Shown here piece after piece: positions 52,266 through 64,000 of a DNA stretch of 64,000 nt. A program made the position numbers and the translations under genes. Position 1 is the stretch's first letter, and every line of letters begins with the position of its first letter. Source of the stretch: Octopus vulgaris (taxonomy: Eukaryota); contig OX597817.1 of assembly GCA_951406725.2 (NCBI GenBank), positions 2,542,001 through 2,606,000 of the forward strand, read 5' to 3'. The notes below the pieces were generated by a model that was not told the DNA's origin, ran no database searches, and saw nothing but the letters and a program-made list of their open reading frames with translations.

Positions 52266-53678
52266 CATATATATATATATATATATACATACATAGAGAA
52301 AGAGACAGACAGACAGATGTATGTGCAAAACTATATCCGTGTGTGAGTATGTGTGAATTTGTGCATTTTGTGTGTATGTATTGATATGCACGTGGGAGGT
52401 TTTGAAACTTCTTTTTATCACCAAATCTAAGTTATTTTTCCCCAATGAAAATGAAATTGTTTTACCAAAACAAAATAAAAATCTAGCTTTAATACTTAGA
52501 ATGCTGCAGTAACTAACAAATCAATAAGTATTGGTATTTTCTTTATATACTCGCTGCTATTTAACGATATTATTGCATTCAGATAATATTTCTCGCTGCT
52601 GTTTACTTCTTCTCTAATAAGTAATCTTTTCATCTTTAGGGAAGAAAGAAAAACTCTAGAAACACAATTTGTGACAAAGATCCAATAATATAAACTTGTT
52701 TCTAGGAAATATTTTGAAATTTTGTTATTTCTTTTAAAGATATCCGTTGGTTTCTTCGCTTTTATGAGATTTTCGCATGAGGTAAGTTACAGACTTCTAT
52801 TGTAAAGAATGTGCAGCATGCCTTCTCGTTTGACAGCTTTAAGCATAATGGGGAACTGTACAGAAAGCAAATATCTTGCCTGGCTCCCGAAGGAGACCTA
52901 GGAACACTGCCATGTTATTATTCATCGTGTAATAGGCATTTATACTTAGCGGAGCACATCCCTCACTAGGTTTGACGATAGCCATAATAATCTACTTCAG
53001 TACTTATAGACCCGAAGGGATAATAAAAAACTTGATTTATCTTAGAGCATAGTGAAGCAGAAGGAAAACACAAGGCTATCTATTCGATGTTGTTACTACT
53101 GTGTGGAAAGTGGCAATATTTTCTGTCTCTTCTACGCTCCGTTACGAAACGTAGCGATCTGAAATGTTAAAGCTTTTACTCCTCAGGTCAACAGAGCTTA
53201 TCTAATCTTCTACAAGCACAACTGTCATTTGGACTAATTGTGGCTGAATGAAAGGATCACCCTCTGGCTTTTTAATGATACATCTGTCAATTATAAAATA
53301 ATCCAAACTTCCAACATTGGTCAACTGTAGAGCTTTACTAATCCTGCCAACTCGATACAAGTAGATGGATTAGACCATAGACAGTGATATAACTTGCCTG
53401 TGTACAGAACAGAGAACATCGCTAACCTGGATACAAATCTCTGAGCGTGGTTTTATCATTTTAGTTGGCCTTTTATTTTGGATGGGTATCCGTCACAAGA
53501 TTCCTTAAAAAGAACGACATTTGCTATAGCTATACAAACCAACACCGGAAACTTTATCGAATTAGCTGCCAAATCTCCCTCAAATCGTATCTATTATCGT
53601 AAAAAGAAGAACGTATTCTATTATATGGTTGAAGATTATATATGAAAAACGAAAGAAAAGAAATGGGATTCTCTAGAA

Positions 53679-53995
53679 CAGTGGTTCTCAAGATTTTGTG
53701 GGGTCCACACAGCAAAATAGTAAATTGGGGATCCACAATAATATTTTGAGAGACCCTGAGAAAAATTTGCTTCGGATATATCAACTGGTATGTATTGCAA
53801 GAAACAGCTAGGTTTCTTTCTTTAGTATTTTACACAGTTGAATCTACACAAATTAATGGATGAAAAAGCAAAATAGAAATTTTCAAAGAAGTTTCTGTAA
53901 AACTATTTTTTAAACGTCAATTTGGCTAAGGGGGTCCACCAGAATAGAATAGTAATCAAAGGGGTCCATAGGTAAAAATTGGTTGAGAACCCTTG
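53679..53995. mobile_element. hAT (Charlie-like) MITE
   Basis: TIRs CAGTGGTTCTCAA / TTGAGAACCCTTG; 8-bp TSD ctctagaa / gtctagaa; repeated GGGGTCC subterminal motifs. Confidence 0.9.
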
Positions 53996-54944
53996 GTCTA
54001 GAACAACTTCGACAATAGTTCTCAGTCAGAGTAGATCTGCGTCTAAACAGCAGCAGTAACAGCATCAACAACAAAAACAATAAAACTTCGACTGCAACGA
54101 TAAGAAGGACGTCAACGAAAATATAACCAACGTGAATTGCATCAAATAAAGCAACAGGAGCTATTATCGAGCTACTCTACGCGGTCACATTATATATTAG
54201 AAACAACAGCCAAATCTCTCTTGATTAACATCTTATAACCGAATAACGTATTCCTGTAATCCTAGATATGCTATACCTGAGAGAATTTCGCGGTGGTCAT
54301 GGGTGGGAAAGCTTTGATTATAGGTCTAATCCATCAGAGCAGATATAGGGCTACTTAACAATAACAACAGAGGGCTACTTAACAATCATACCAAAGCTTT
54401 CGGGTATGGTTAGGTGAGTCGAAACCCAGGTGTTATTCCGTAAATTATATATAAAATATACGCCGAAAATTAGCTTCAAATATCACAGCACTCACTGAAT
54501 ACGGAAGTTCATTTTCATTGACAAGTGCATTTACATAAAGAGCTATACCTACTGCTTATGATACGAATTTTTTTTAATCTATTGTTTTTTTTTGTTTTTT
54601 ATAATTTCAGCAATTAATCCATTGTAATAAATTTCCAATAGTTAATAAATAAAATAGTCTCGTTACATCTGCATTTATAAATAAATCCGAATCAAGAAAT
54701 CTCTTTCAACCGTTTCAGTATTATTGAAGCGTTGCGTAATTGTATTCTACGCAATAAAAATCAAATAAAAAATGCTTATGCGGTGAGGAAAGGACATTAT
54801 TTCCATGACTAATATTCTTTTAATCGTGTCAGTGAGTACGTGAGACAACTCCATACTAATTTCAGTCCATAAGAATCTACCTTAGTACTGGCACTTTATT
54901 TGTAGACCCGAAAGGATAAAAAAATAAACTTGTTTTATCGTAGA

Positions 54945-55118
54945 AATTGTAGGGGAGGGGGCTCGTCGATTACATTGCTCCCAGTACGAAACTGGTACTT
55001 ATTTCATCGACCCGAAAGGATACAAGGCGAGATCGATCTCGGGGAAATTTGAACTTAGAACCTGAAGGCGGACGAAATGCCGCTAAGCATTGTAGCCGGC
55101 GTGCTAAAGATTCTGTAG
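54945..55118 (-). mobile_element. SINE (9062 family)
   Basis: ctggtacttatttcatcgacccgaaaggat...gacgaaatgccgctaagcat. Confidence 0.75.
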
Positions 55119-55161
55119 CAGAGGTTAATATATATTTCAAATATGACTTAACGTTGTCTAA

Positions 55162-55476
55162 AGAGATATTCTATAGAAATTATAGCCAGCACTGATTTTT
55201 GTAACGACGTTTCGTATCTGTGACGTCTGATTTAAACAACCGATGAGATCGAAGATGAAAAAAATGGTAATAGGCGTATATGCCATATATCGTGAGCATT
55301 CGTGGATAATTAAGGGGTTAGATGGGTAATTATAAAGAAACAAAAAATCCCGAAATATGACATAGGCCCATTGCCGTTTTTCCATCTTCGCTTTCATTGT
55401 TTTACATCTGATGTCTCGGATACGAAACGTCGTCACAAAAATCAGTGCTGGCTATAAATTTCTATAGAATATCTCT
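55162..55476. repeat. Inverted repeat, about 66-bp arms
   Basis: agagatattctatagaaattatagccagcactgatttttgtaacgacgtttcgtatc pairs with gatacgaaacgtcgtcacaaaaatcagtgctggctataaatttctatagaatatctct. Confidence 0.9.
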
Positions 55477-55999
55477 AGAGATAACCTTAGCAAGTGATGA
55501 AAAGCGCACTGCTAACACAGTAGAACACGGTATTGACTTAAAAGAAAACGTTTAATATACTTTTACGGTATATCATGGTTGCATAACGAAGTACTTGATC
55601 CTTACAAGTCGTTGATATTTCAAATATGGTTTCTATATACTAGCAGCATTATGTGTACCAATACTAACTTAATGGTTTGTTTTTCATATGGATGGCGTCT
55701 CGGAGTAATTAGTCTCCATGATTTATGTACTTATTTGTTTTTACATCTGAAGGGAACACGATCTCTTCTTTACGGGAACTAATTGATTCAGAATCCCATG
55801 GTAAATAGCAGTCGTAATAAAATTCCGGGTTCTTCGTTTTGACAGCTTGTTTCCCAGCTCTTAACTAGTTATTTACAAGGCGATGACAAGTCACAACGCT
55901 TGGATACTGGAGACTAAATACACACCATCAACATCAACCGCGCTGACAGCAATAACAACAATGGAAATACGAAGAACAATAAATGACAACAACAAAAAG

Positions 56000-56370
<371 letters not shown>

Positions 56371-56419
56371 GCTATAAATGACAAAAATAGCAAAAGCAAC
56401 AACAAAATAATAATTCTAA

Positions 56420-56790
56420 CAAATTTTGGCAAAAAGCAGTTTTGCTTTGAGGGGATAGTGAGGATAGTTGATTACATCGACCTCAGTAGTTGACTGGTAT
56501 CTTATTTCATCGACGTCCGAAAAGATGACAGGCAAAGTCGATCACAGCAGTATTTGAACTAAACCACTTTGCTAATCTACAACCTTTGGGCCCTTTCTAA
56601 TTTCGGTACAAGGCATCAGTTTCGAGTGAATGGGTTTTGTCCATATAATCGATTCCTGTATTTGACTGTTACTTCAATTTATCAACCCCGAAAGGACAAA
56701 AGGAAAATCTACCTCAGCGGGATTTGAACTTGGAATGTTAAGCACTAGAACAAATGCTGCAAGACTTTTTTCAGTCGCTTAAACGATTTT
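56420..56790 (-). mobile_element. Two degraded SINE copies (9062 family)
   Basis: gactggtatcttatttcatcgac...aaagtcgat...tttgaact, twice. Confidence 0.65.
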
Positions 56791-57245
56791 ATTAATAACC
56801 AGAGATAAAAAGCAAACAAAAAAAAAGAAAACATCACCACACCGTCACCATCACCAAAGACAACAACAACTACTACTAGTACTACTACTACTACTACTAC
56901 AAGGACAGTGTGAGCCGCAATAGCAAATCCAGGAACGAAGGCAAAATTAACAATAATAATAATAATTGTAATAACGAGAACAACAATAAAGACAACAACA
57001 TCTACAATAACAGCGGTATGAAAGATAATAATGAGAACAGTAACAACAACAACAATGCTGTCAGATAATACAGAAGCAATAAATAGACTGGTTGCTTTGG
57101 CAGGTGCCCCTGTATCACAATTACAACTGCCATCAGCGTCACAACTCGTATCTAGCCTCGAGGAAGAGAACTAGGATGAGGACTATTCTTGAATTCCATA
57201 TGTATTATGAGAGAAGTGGCATTGCCAGTTTTACATTAGACATAG

Positions 57246-57696
57246 TGAAGAAGGAAGGAACATGGAAGGAAAAAGAATGTAAGAAAGAAAAGAAGAAAGA
57301 AAAGAAGAAGAAGAAAGAAGAAGAAGAAGAAGAAGAAGAAGAAGAAGAAGAAGAAGAAGAAGAAGAAGAAGAAGAAGAAAGAATGTAAGAAAGAAGAAGA
57401 AGAAGAAGAAGAAGAAGAAAAAGAAAGAATGTAAGAAAGAAGAAGAAGAAGAAGAAGAAAGAATGTAAGAAAGAAAAGAAGAAAGAAAAGAAGAAGAAGA
57501 AGAAGAAGAAGAAGAAGAAGAAGAAGAAGAAGAAGAAGAAGAAGAAAGAAGAAGAAGAAGAAGAAGAAGAAAAAGAAAGAAAGAAGAAGAAGAAGAAGAA
57601 GAAGAAGAAGAAGAAGAAGAAGAAGAAGAAGAAGAAAGAATGTAAGAAAGAAGAAAGAAGAAGAAGAAGAAGAAGAAGAAGAAGAAGAAGAAGAAA
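57246..57696. repeat. (GAA)n polypurine array with a recurrent AAAGAATGTAAG interruption
   Basis: Direct reading; the interruption occurs five times. Confidence 0.95.
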
Positions 57697-58100
57697 ATAC
57701 AGATACACAAAGAAAATAAACTACATTGCACCAAATAGATTTACAAAAATAACAACAAAATCTACAGCAACTGGAAGAATAACAAAAATCAGTAACGGCA
57801 GCAATGACAACAAGAATATTTACAGCCCAAAGTCTTACTTTGACATTCTTGTTAATGGTAGTGACTGGAATTCTAATATTATCAGTTTATTTTCTCAAAC
57901 TGAAGTCTTGGAGGCAATATACAAATATACTGTTTCTATTAGAAACGTAAAAATAACCGTTTTAAATGTTGTTGCTGTTGTCTTCGTTATTACTCTCTCT
58001 TTATGTGGTTGTTGAAGTACGGCTGCCTGAGTACTTATACACAAGAATGCATCGGTAGCTGTGTCCACGCTCGCACAGAACACACAAGCACACGCGCATG

Positions 58101-58318
58101 TAAGGCGACGAGCTGGCAGAATCGTTAGCACGTCTGGCAAAATACTTAGCGAAATTTCGTCCGTCTTTACGTTCTGAGTTCAAATTCTGCCAAGTTCGAC
58201 ATTGTTTCTCATCCTTGCGAGGTCGATAAAATACGTAGCAATTGAGCACTGGGTGTCGATGTAATTGACTTAACCGTACACCGGAAATGCTGGCCTTGTG
58301 CCAAAATCTGAAATCAAT
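58101..58318 (+). mobile_element. SINE (9062 family)
   Basis: AAGGCGACGAGCTGGCAGAATCGTTAGCACG...GAGTTCAAATTC. Confidence 0.82.
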
Positions 58319-58489
58319 TATACAGGCATGTGAGTGTGTGTGTGTGTGTGTGTGTTGTGTTAAGATATGGAAGGTTACATACAGATAGCAGAGACACACC
58401 ATACAGCATATTCAAAACTCAGAGATAATGAATATAAAAAGAATTATAGCAATATTAATATAATAGTGATATCACCTTACATATTTTGC

Positions 58490-59045
58490 TTGGCTACACA
58501 CCTGCATTTCAACTGCTAAAAGACAAATACACTGCAGTGACCGTGGAGAAAAACCTCTCTTATGGTAAAAAGGGGTGAGAACACCGACTTCGTTCAGTGT
58601 CGCCATCTGTTAGGAATCTCAGACATCGATGTTTCCAGTTTTTTTTTTACTCTTGTCAATGAGATATACCTAAGAGAGGTAGCTCTAAACAAACTTAACG
58701 TTGTAGTTTTATATATAATTCTGTCAACATGTTCACTGATTTGCACAAGTAGCTCGCCCGGTCAAGGTAAATAACGAAACATTGGCGCAAAGCAGTGTTT
58801 AGGTATGAGAAGAATTTAGGTCAGTCCAAATATGTTTATCACATACTTCAGCTGCTAAAAGGTACATTTTAGGTACATCTTAATGTCTGAAATTCCTTGA
58901 AGATGGAGACACTGAACGAACTGGGTGTTTTCATACCTTTTAAAACCTTTTCACACCTTTTTACTGTAAGAGAGATAACTGCAGTGTAATTTGTCTTTTA
59001 GAAGTTGAAATATGGGGCAATCATATTTCAACTGACCTAAATTCT
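58490..59045. mobile_element. MITE with long (about 140 bp) imperfect inverted arms
   Basis: atttcaact...aaaagacaaatacactgcagt...aaaaagg-gtgagaacacc...ttcgttcagtgtcgccatct is inverted relative to agatggagacactgaacgaactgggtgttttca...actgcagtgtaatttgtctttta...agttgaaat. Confidence 0.7.
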
Positions 59046-59088
59046 GCTCATACTTAAACACTGTTTTGCGCCAATGCTTCGTTATATA

Positions 59089-59211
<123 letters not shown>

Positions 59212-59228
59212 GTATATATATATATATG

Positions 59229-59269
<41 letters not shown>

Positions 59270-59303
59270 TATATATATACATACATACATATATATAAAT
59301 ATA

Positions 59304-60181
59304 TTGGGTAAGCATATAAATAATGCAGATTTTTCAATTGCATGAAGTCAGAGGAGACGGGATAAACTACCTTCATCAACTCGCTATAAATGCAGGTAGT
59401 AATGTTACCTTGTACTTATACTTATTGCAAGACTTGAAGAATGCACTTCGATTTTAACAGTTATTTTTTCAAAACTATAATGGAAATGACAAAGGTGCAT
59501 ATTCGGTATGTTTTACTTTATGAGTTCAATAAGGGCAACAAAGCAACGGGAAGTGCGAGGCATATTAATGCAGTATATGGGGATCGGACAATAAGTTTAA
59601 TCCAATGTCAACGGTAGTTCCAGAAATTCCGAACCGGAAGCAACAGCTTAGAAGATAAACCTCGTCCTGGAAGATCTGTAGATCGCGACAAGGACGACCT
59701 GTAAATCCTGGTGGAACAAAATTCCATCGTAACTGTTGAGAAACTAGCAGAGAAGCTTTGTTTTGTTCATTCAGCCATTCATCGACATCTTTGCTAGAAG
59801 GAAAACGACCAGCTTTGGTTTCAAGACGAAAGGTGTTTTTTCATCATGATAATGCTCGGCCACCTACAGCGAGAATGACATTCAAAAGGCCCGAGCAATT
59901 TGAATGGAAAACGATGCCCAACCCACCATATTCGCCGGATATAGCTCCATTTGATTATCATTTATTCCGCCCTGTCTTAAAAATCCTCTGGACGGAAAAA
60001 AATGAATTCTGTAGATGGTGTCAGAACAGTACTGGAGGGGTAATTTTCGTAACTGACTAGTGAATTTTGGAAGAGGGGCCTTGCAAATCTACCAGAGAGA
60101 TGGAAGAGCATTGTAGAAAATGAAGGAGAGAATATTTTAGATAAAAAAAAAGAACTTCATTTATCTTATGGGATGACCCAA
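59304..60181 (+). mobile_element. Internally deleted mariner transposon (defective transposase from ATG 59480)
   Basis: Imperfect TIRs TA|TTGGGT...ACCCAA|TA; HIRYVLLYEF, SLEDKPRPGR (HTH), then a jump to FHHDNARP and PPYSPDIAPFDYHLF; the WVPHEL/first catalytic Asp region is absent. Confidence 0.93.
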
Positions 60182-60369
60182 TACATACATACATACATAC
60201 ATACATACATACATACATACATGCATGCATACATACATACATACATGCATACATACATACATACATACATATATGCATACATACATACATACATGCATAC
60301 ATGCATACATACATACATACATACATACATAAATGCATGCATACATACATACATACATACATACATACA

Positions 60370-60401
<32 letters not shown>

Positions 60402-61079
60402 CATAGGCTAAGACATGATTAATATAGAATCAGATAAAATGACTCAAAAGACGGAAAGGTACACATCTAGGACGTTGTTTGATTATAGATCTGCTTAATG
60501 AGGTTCAACCTGGAACTAAATAACAATAACAAAGAGCGAGGGAGCGTTACAAATAATGCTTACTTTTCACTCAAGGCAAACGATTTTATATGGCACAGAT
60601 TAATTTGAGGGCTTCATATTTATAGTTTCCCAAAACAAGCTGATGGTCTTTGTTAATTTCTCTTGAAATCACCACGCTCTACATATACAGTTGGCATACT
60701 ATAGAGGCAGCAAGGCATATTTCCGTGAAATTACACTGCCCAAGCGTTAAGGATTAGAAGGGTATATTGATCAATATAATTTTCGATGACGGTATTTTTT
60801 TCTTCTTTTATTTGTGTCGGTCCCTAGTCTGCTACCATCCTGGGGTACCACCCAGAAAGGATTTAGTAGAAAATACAAAAAAAAATCGAAAACAGAACGT
60901 TTTCTTTTTAAGCATAATATTTTTTTCTACTATTCTTACGTCTTTTCCCGAACCGTCACGTTACGCAGCTGTAAACAAGCCAACAACAGAAGTCAAGTGG
61001 TATCGAAAACAAGTACATACATGCATGCATGCATACGTACATACATGCATACATAATGCATACATACATACAATATTCC

Positions 61080-61320
61080 TCCGTGTTCGCTACCTTACGG
61101 CTCTCCATGTTTGTTTTCTTTTGGTTTGGTGTATGTCTCCACTGTTCTGTTTTTGTCGCCAAATTTGACCTTAGGCAAAATCCTAAATTTCATTTTGGTT
61201 CGCGGGAGCAACTGTTCTTCGAAGGCTCATATTGTCGTGAACAGCCGACAACTGATGAAGGGTCTTTCTATATGTTACTTGTCTTGCTTTCCATTTGTTT
61301 CACTCGTTTTTTGCATGCCC
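61080..61320 (+). mobile_element. Third, degraded copy of the 27690 repeat
   Basis: tttgacc...gcaaaatc...gcgggagcaactgtt...aacagccgacaactgatgaagggtc. Confidence 0.6.
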
Positions 61321-61339
61321 AAGTTTGCCTAGTATTTCA

Positions 61340-61580
61340 TGCTACAGATCTATATCTAAGAGATGAGTAATTTTGTACATTATTTACAATATTTACATTT
61401 GGCGGATATATGTCCTCATCTTGTTTGTTGTTAACACAACGTTTCGTCTGATATACCCTACAGCCTTCATCAGGTAGCTTGGGGAAATTTCGAACTTGGG
61501 TTCTCATTCCTAAGACATTTTCGATGCTATTATTATTATTATTGTTATGATTATTATTATTATGATTATTATTATTATCA

Positions 61581-61645
<65 letters not shown>

Positions 61646-61666
61646 GTTATGATTATTATTATTATG

Positions 61667-61722
<56 letters not shown>

Positions 61723-61763
61723 CATCATTATTATTATCATCATTATAATTATTATTATTATTA

Positions 61764-61800
<37 letters not shown>

Positions 61801-61894
61801 CATTGTTCAGGTCACTGCCTGGAATCGAACTCGGAATCTTGGGATTAGTAGCTTGCGCTCCTAACCCCAAGATTCCGAGTTCGATTCCAGGCAG
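61340..61894 (-). mobile_element. Composite SINE-like element: tRNA-like head, (AAT)n, tail with hammerhead motif; 5' fold-back
   Basis: B box GAGTTCGATTCC at about 61820-61832(-); (AAT)n at 61527-61805; hammerhead core at 61433-61480; inverted arms 61815-61848 and 61861-61894. Confidence 0.6.
61433..61480 (-). ncRNA. Minimal type-I hammerhead ribozyme motif (Penelope-type)
   Basis: uac-CUGAUGA-A-GGCUG-uaggguauau-CAGAC-GAAA-CG-UU-gug: canonical core, helix II with one mismatch, palindromic AACGUU instead of helix III, 3-bp helix I. Confidence 0.6.
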
Positions 61895-62478
61895 ATCACT
61901 AATACGAGAGAGTATTAAACAGGCTTCTGCGATTCGCGTTCCCATTTGTTACGGTATAGAAATTTTCTACAATACATACTCTACGAAATAATGATATCTT
62001 CCTATTTCAATAACGATTTCTTTTATCATATTTACATAACAGCAATTTCATTCATGTGTAGTTCACTCATTTGAAAAGAGAACCAGTATCTCTCCAGTAT
62101 TTATTTTATCGAGCCACATGGGAATGAAGGGCAAGTTAACCTCGATGGAATTTGCGTTTAAATTCAGAATATGAAAATGTAAACTAGTCCTGTATGATTT
62201 TTGCAATATCAAATCTATTCAACAGTAACAACAGCTATAACAAAACCTATAGCAACAAACTAGAACAACAAGCATTCTGGCAAGGCTCCTATTTCCATAA
62301 AGTACCAGACGGAAGCATTAAATTGCCAACGAGAGGAAGTAACCAAACTGTTTATAAAGGAATTGTTGGAATATTTTTCAGTAAATAGCGAATGTAAAGA
62401 CACGCAAAAAAGCTTTGGAATCCCACCAGCTGGTACACAGCACTTCTCCACTACGCTGTAAAGTTTGGAAGCACACAC

Positions 62479-62587
<109 letters not shown>

Positions 62588-62599
62588 ATGCACTTGTAA

Positions 62600-64000
62600 T
62601 TATCGCATTCAATTTGGCATAAGATCGATATGGAACACCGGACAGACCGGTAACCGCAGCAATTGTAAGGAAACTTAGCAGAAGAGAAAGAGAGATGCAC
62701 CGGCTGAGGAGATAGATCAAGACCTTCAATAAACAGTATAAGAGGGCCTTCACTGATTAAAGAAAAGGCATTAGGGTCTCGAAAAGTCAGCCCCTTAAAT
62801 GCATGAGAAAGCCTAGAAGGGTAGAAAGCACCCAGGAGCGGAGTAAAGTGAGGGAGATCAAGCGAGTGCAATTTGTCAAGAACCCTTTTAGGTTCACACG
62901 AACGCTGTTGAGGAACCAAATCAGGGAATTTGAAAAGCTTCAAAGAAGAAGTAAAATCATTTCTGAGGGAGACTCACAATGATGACCTCAGAAACGAAGC
63001 CCAAATGTCGGTAGAGTTGAAATACCAGTAAATAAATTCCACTTCAGCTGTCCTCCATCCTGGAAAGAAGTAGAACATGCCAGATCAAGATCAGATTCTG
63101 GCCCAAGTAGTATACCTTATAAAGTATACAAGAAATGCCCGTGGATGCTCTTTTGAAAGATCTGGATAAATGGTAACATCCTATCATGCTGGAAGAAGGC
63201 GGAAGGATGTTTTGTGCCAAAGGAAGAAAACTCCACAGCCGTTAATCAGTTCAGGACCATCTCCCTCTTGAGAGTTGAGGGGAAAATCTTCCTTTCTATA
63301 CTGGCCAAAAGGGTGACATCATACACGACTGAAGAAAGGGTATATAAACACATCTATCCAGAAAGGTTGGGTTCCTGGTTTCTCAGGATGTCTGGAACAC
63401 ACTGGAATTCTCAGTCAGTTGATTCAGGAGGCGAAGAGAAGTAAAGGTGACTTGACAGTGGTTTGGCTGTATCTGGAAAATGCAAACGGATCAATTCCTC
63501 ATTCCCTCATATATGCAGCCCTTCACTGCTATCATATTTCTCTTCATATCAAGGGAATAATCAGCAGTTATTTTGGAGCATCCAGTTACGTTTCAGAACA
63601 ACACATTTCATTTTACAACTCGGTGTCAAAACCTTGAGGAAGGAATTATAACTGGGTGCACGATTTCCCCCATTCTTTTTATCATGGGTGTGAATCTCCC
63701 CATGGCAACTGCTGATAGAGAAACCCAAGGACTAGTACTGGAATCAGGCATCTCTCAGCACCCAATGAGGAACTTTATGGATAATATTACGATAACAACT
63801 GCAAACCATGTGGATGCAGAAAGAGTGCTGACGTCACTAGAACACATGACGACATGAGCGAGTATGAGGTTTAAGCCCCCAAAATCGAGGAGGATGGTGA
63901 TAGGGTGGGGCGAAGTAACCAACAAAATCAGGCTGAAAGTGCAAGGAGAGGCCATTCCATCAATAGAGGAAAATCTTATTAAATGCTTTGGAAAGATGTT
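62600..64000 (+). mobile_element. HERO-like (R2 superfamily) LINE relic, RT domain, continuing beyond the window
   Basis: GPSSIPYKVYKKCP; AEGCFVPKEENS...QFRTISLLRVEGKIFLSILAKR; SIQKG..PGFSGCLEHTG; LTVVWL.L.NA.GSIPH; GIITGCTISPILF; FMDNIT; frameshifts and stops. Confidence 0.88.

Noticed and set aside
52640-52786. Exon ending at GAG|GTAAGT
   Set aside because: The long version has stops in all frames; a 42-bp version is open but unrecognisable.
59480-60140. SETMAR-like host gene
   Set aside because: No SET domain; bounded by mariner TIRs; disrupted.

Overview
AT-rich eukaryotic intergenic or intronic DNA, saturated with microsatellites ((TA)n, (CA)n, (TATG)n, (GAT)n, (GAA)n, (ATT)n) and transposable-element debris. 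The SINE families and repeat density look like an Octopus (coleoid cephalopod) genome; this is an inference from pattern recognition, not a database result. No host protein-coding gene could be supported, and nearly all ORF-track entries are microsatellite artefacts. Recognisable coding relics are: an uninterrupted RTE-clade LINE endonuclease ORF running off the left edge; CR1-, R4/Dong-, CRE- and HERO-like RT fragments; a Penelope GIY-YIG fragment; a Helitron PIF1 helicase; a hAT transposase; and an internally deleted mariner. The most unusual signals are (i) a tRNA-headed SINE-like element carrying a minimal hammerhead-ribozyme motif and a 5' fold-back, (ii) a recurring class of short asymmetric hairpin elements, mostly sitting in (TA)n tracts, (iii) four hammerhead-like motifs sharing a non-canonical CUGUNGA core, and (iv) a head-to-tail trimer of a mini-Helitron whose 5' end matches a helicase-bearing Helitron 18 kb away. 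Boundaries of degraded elements are approximate.
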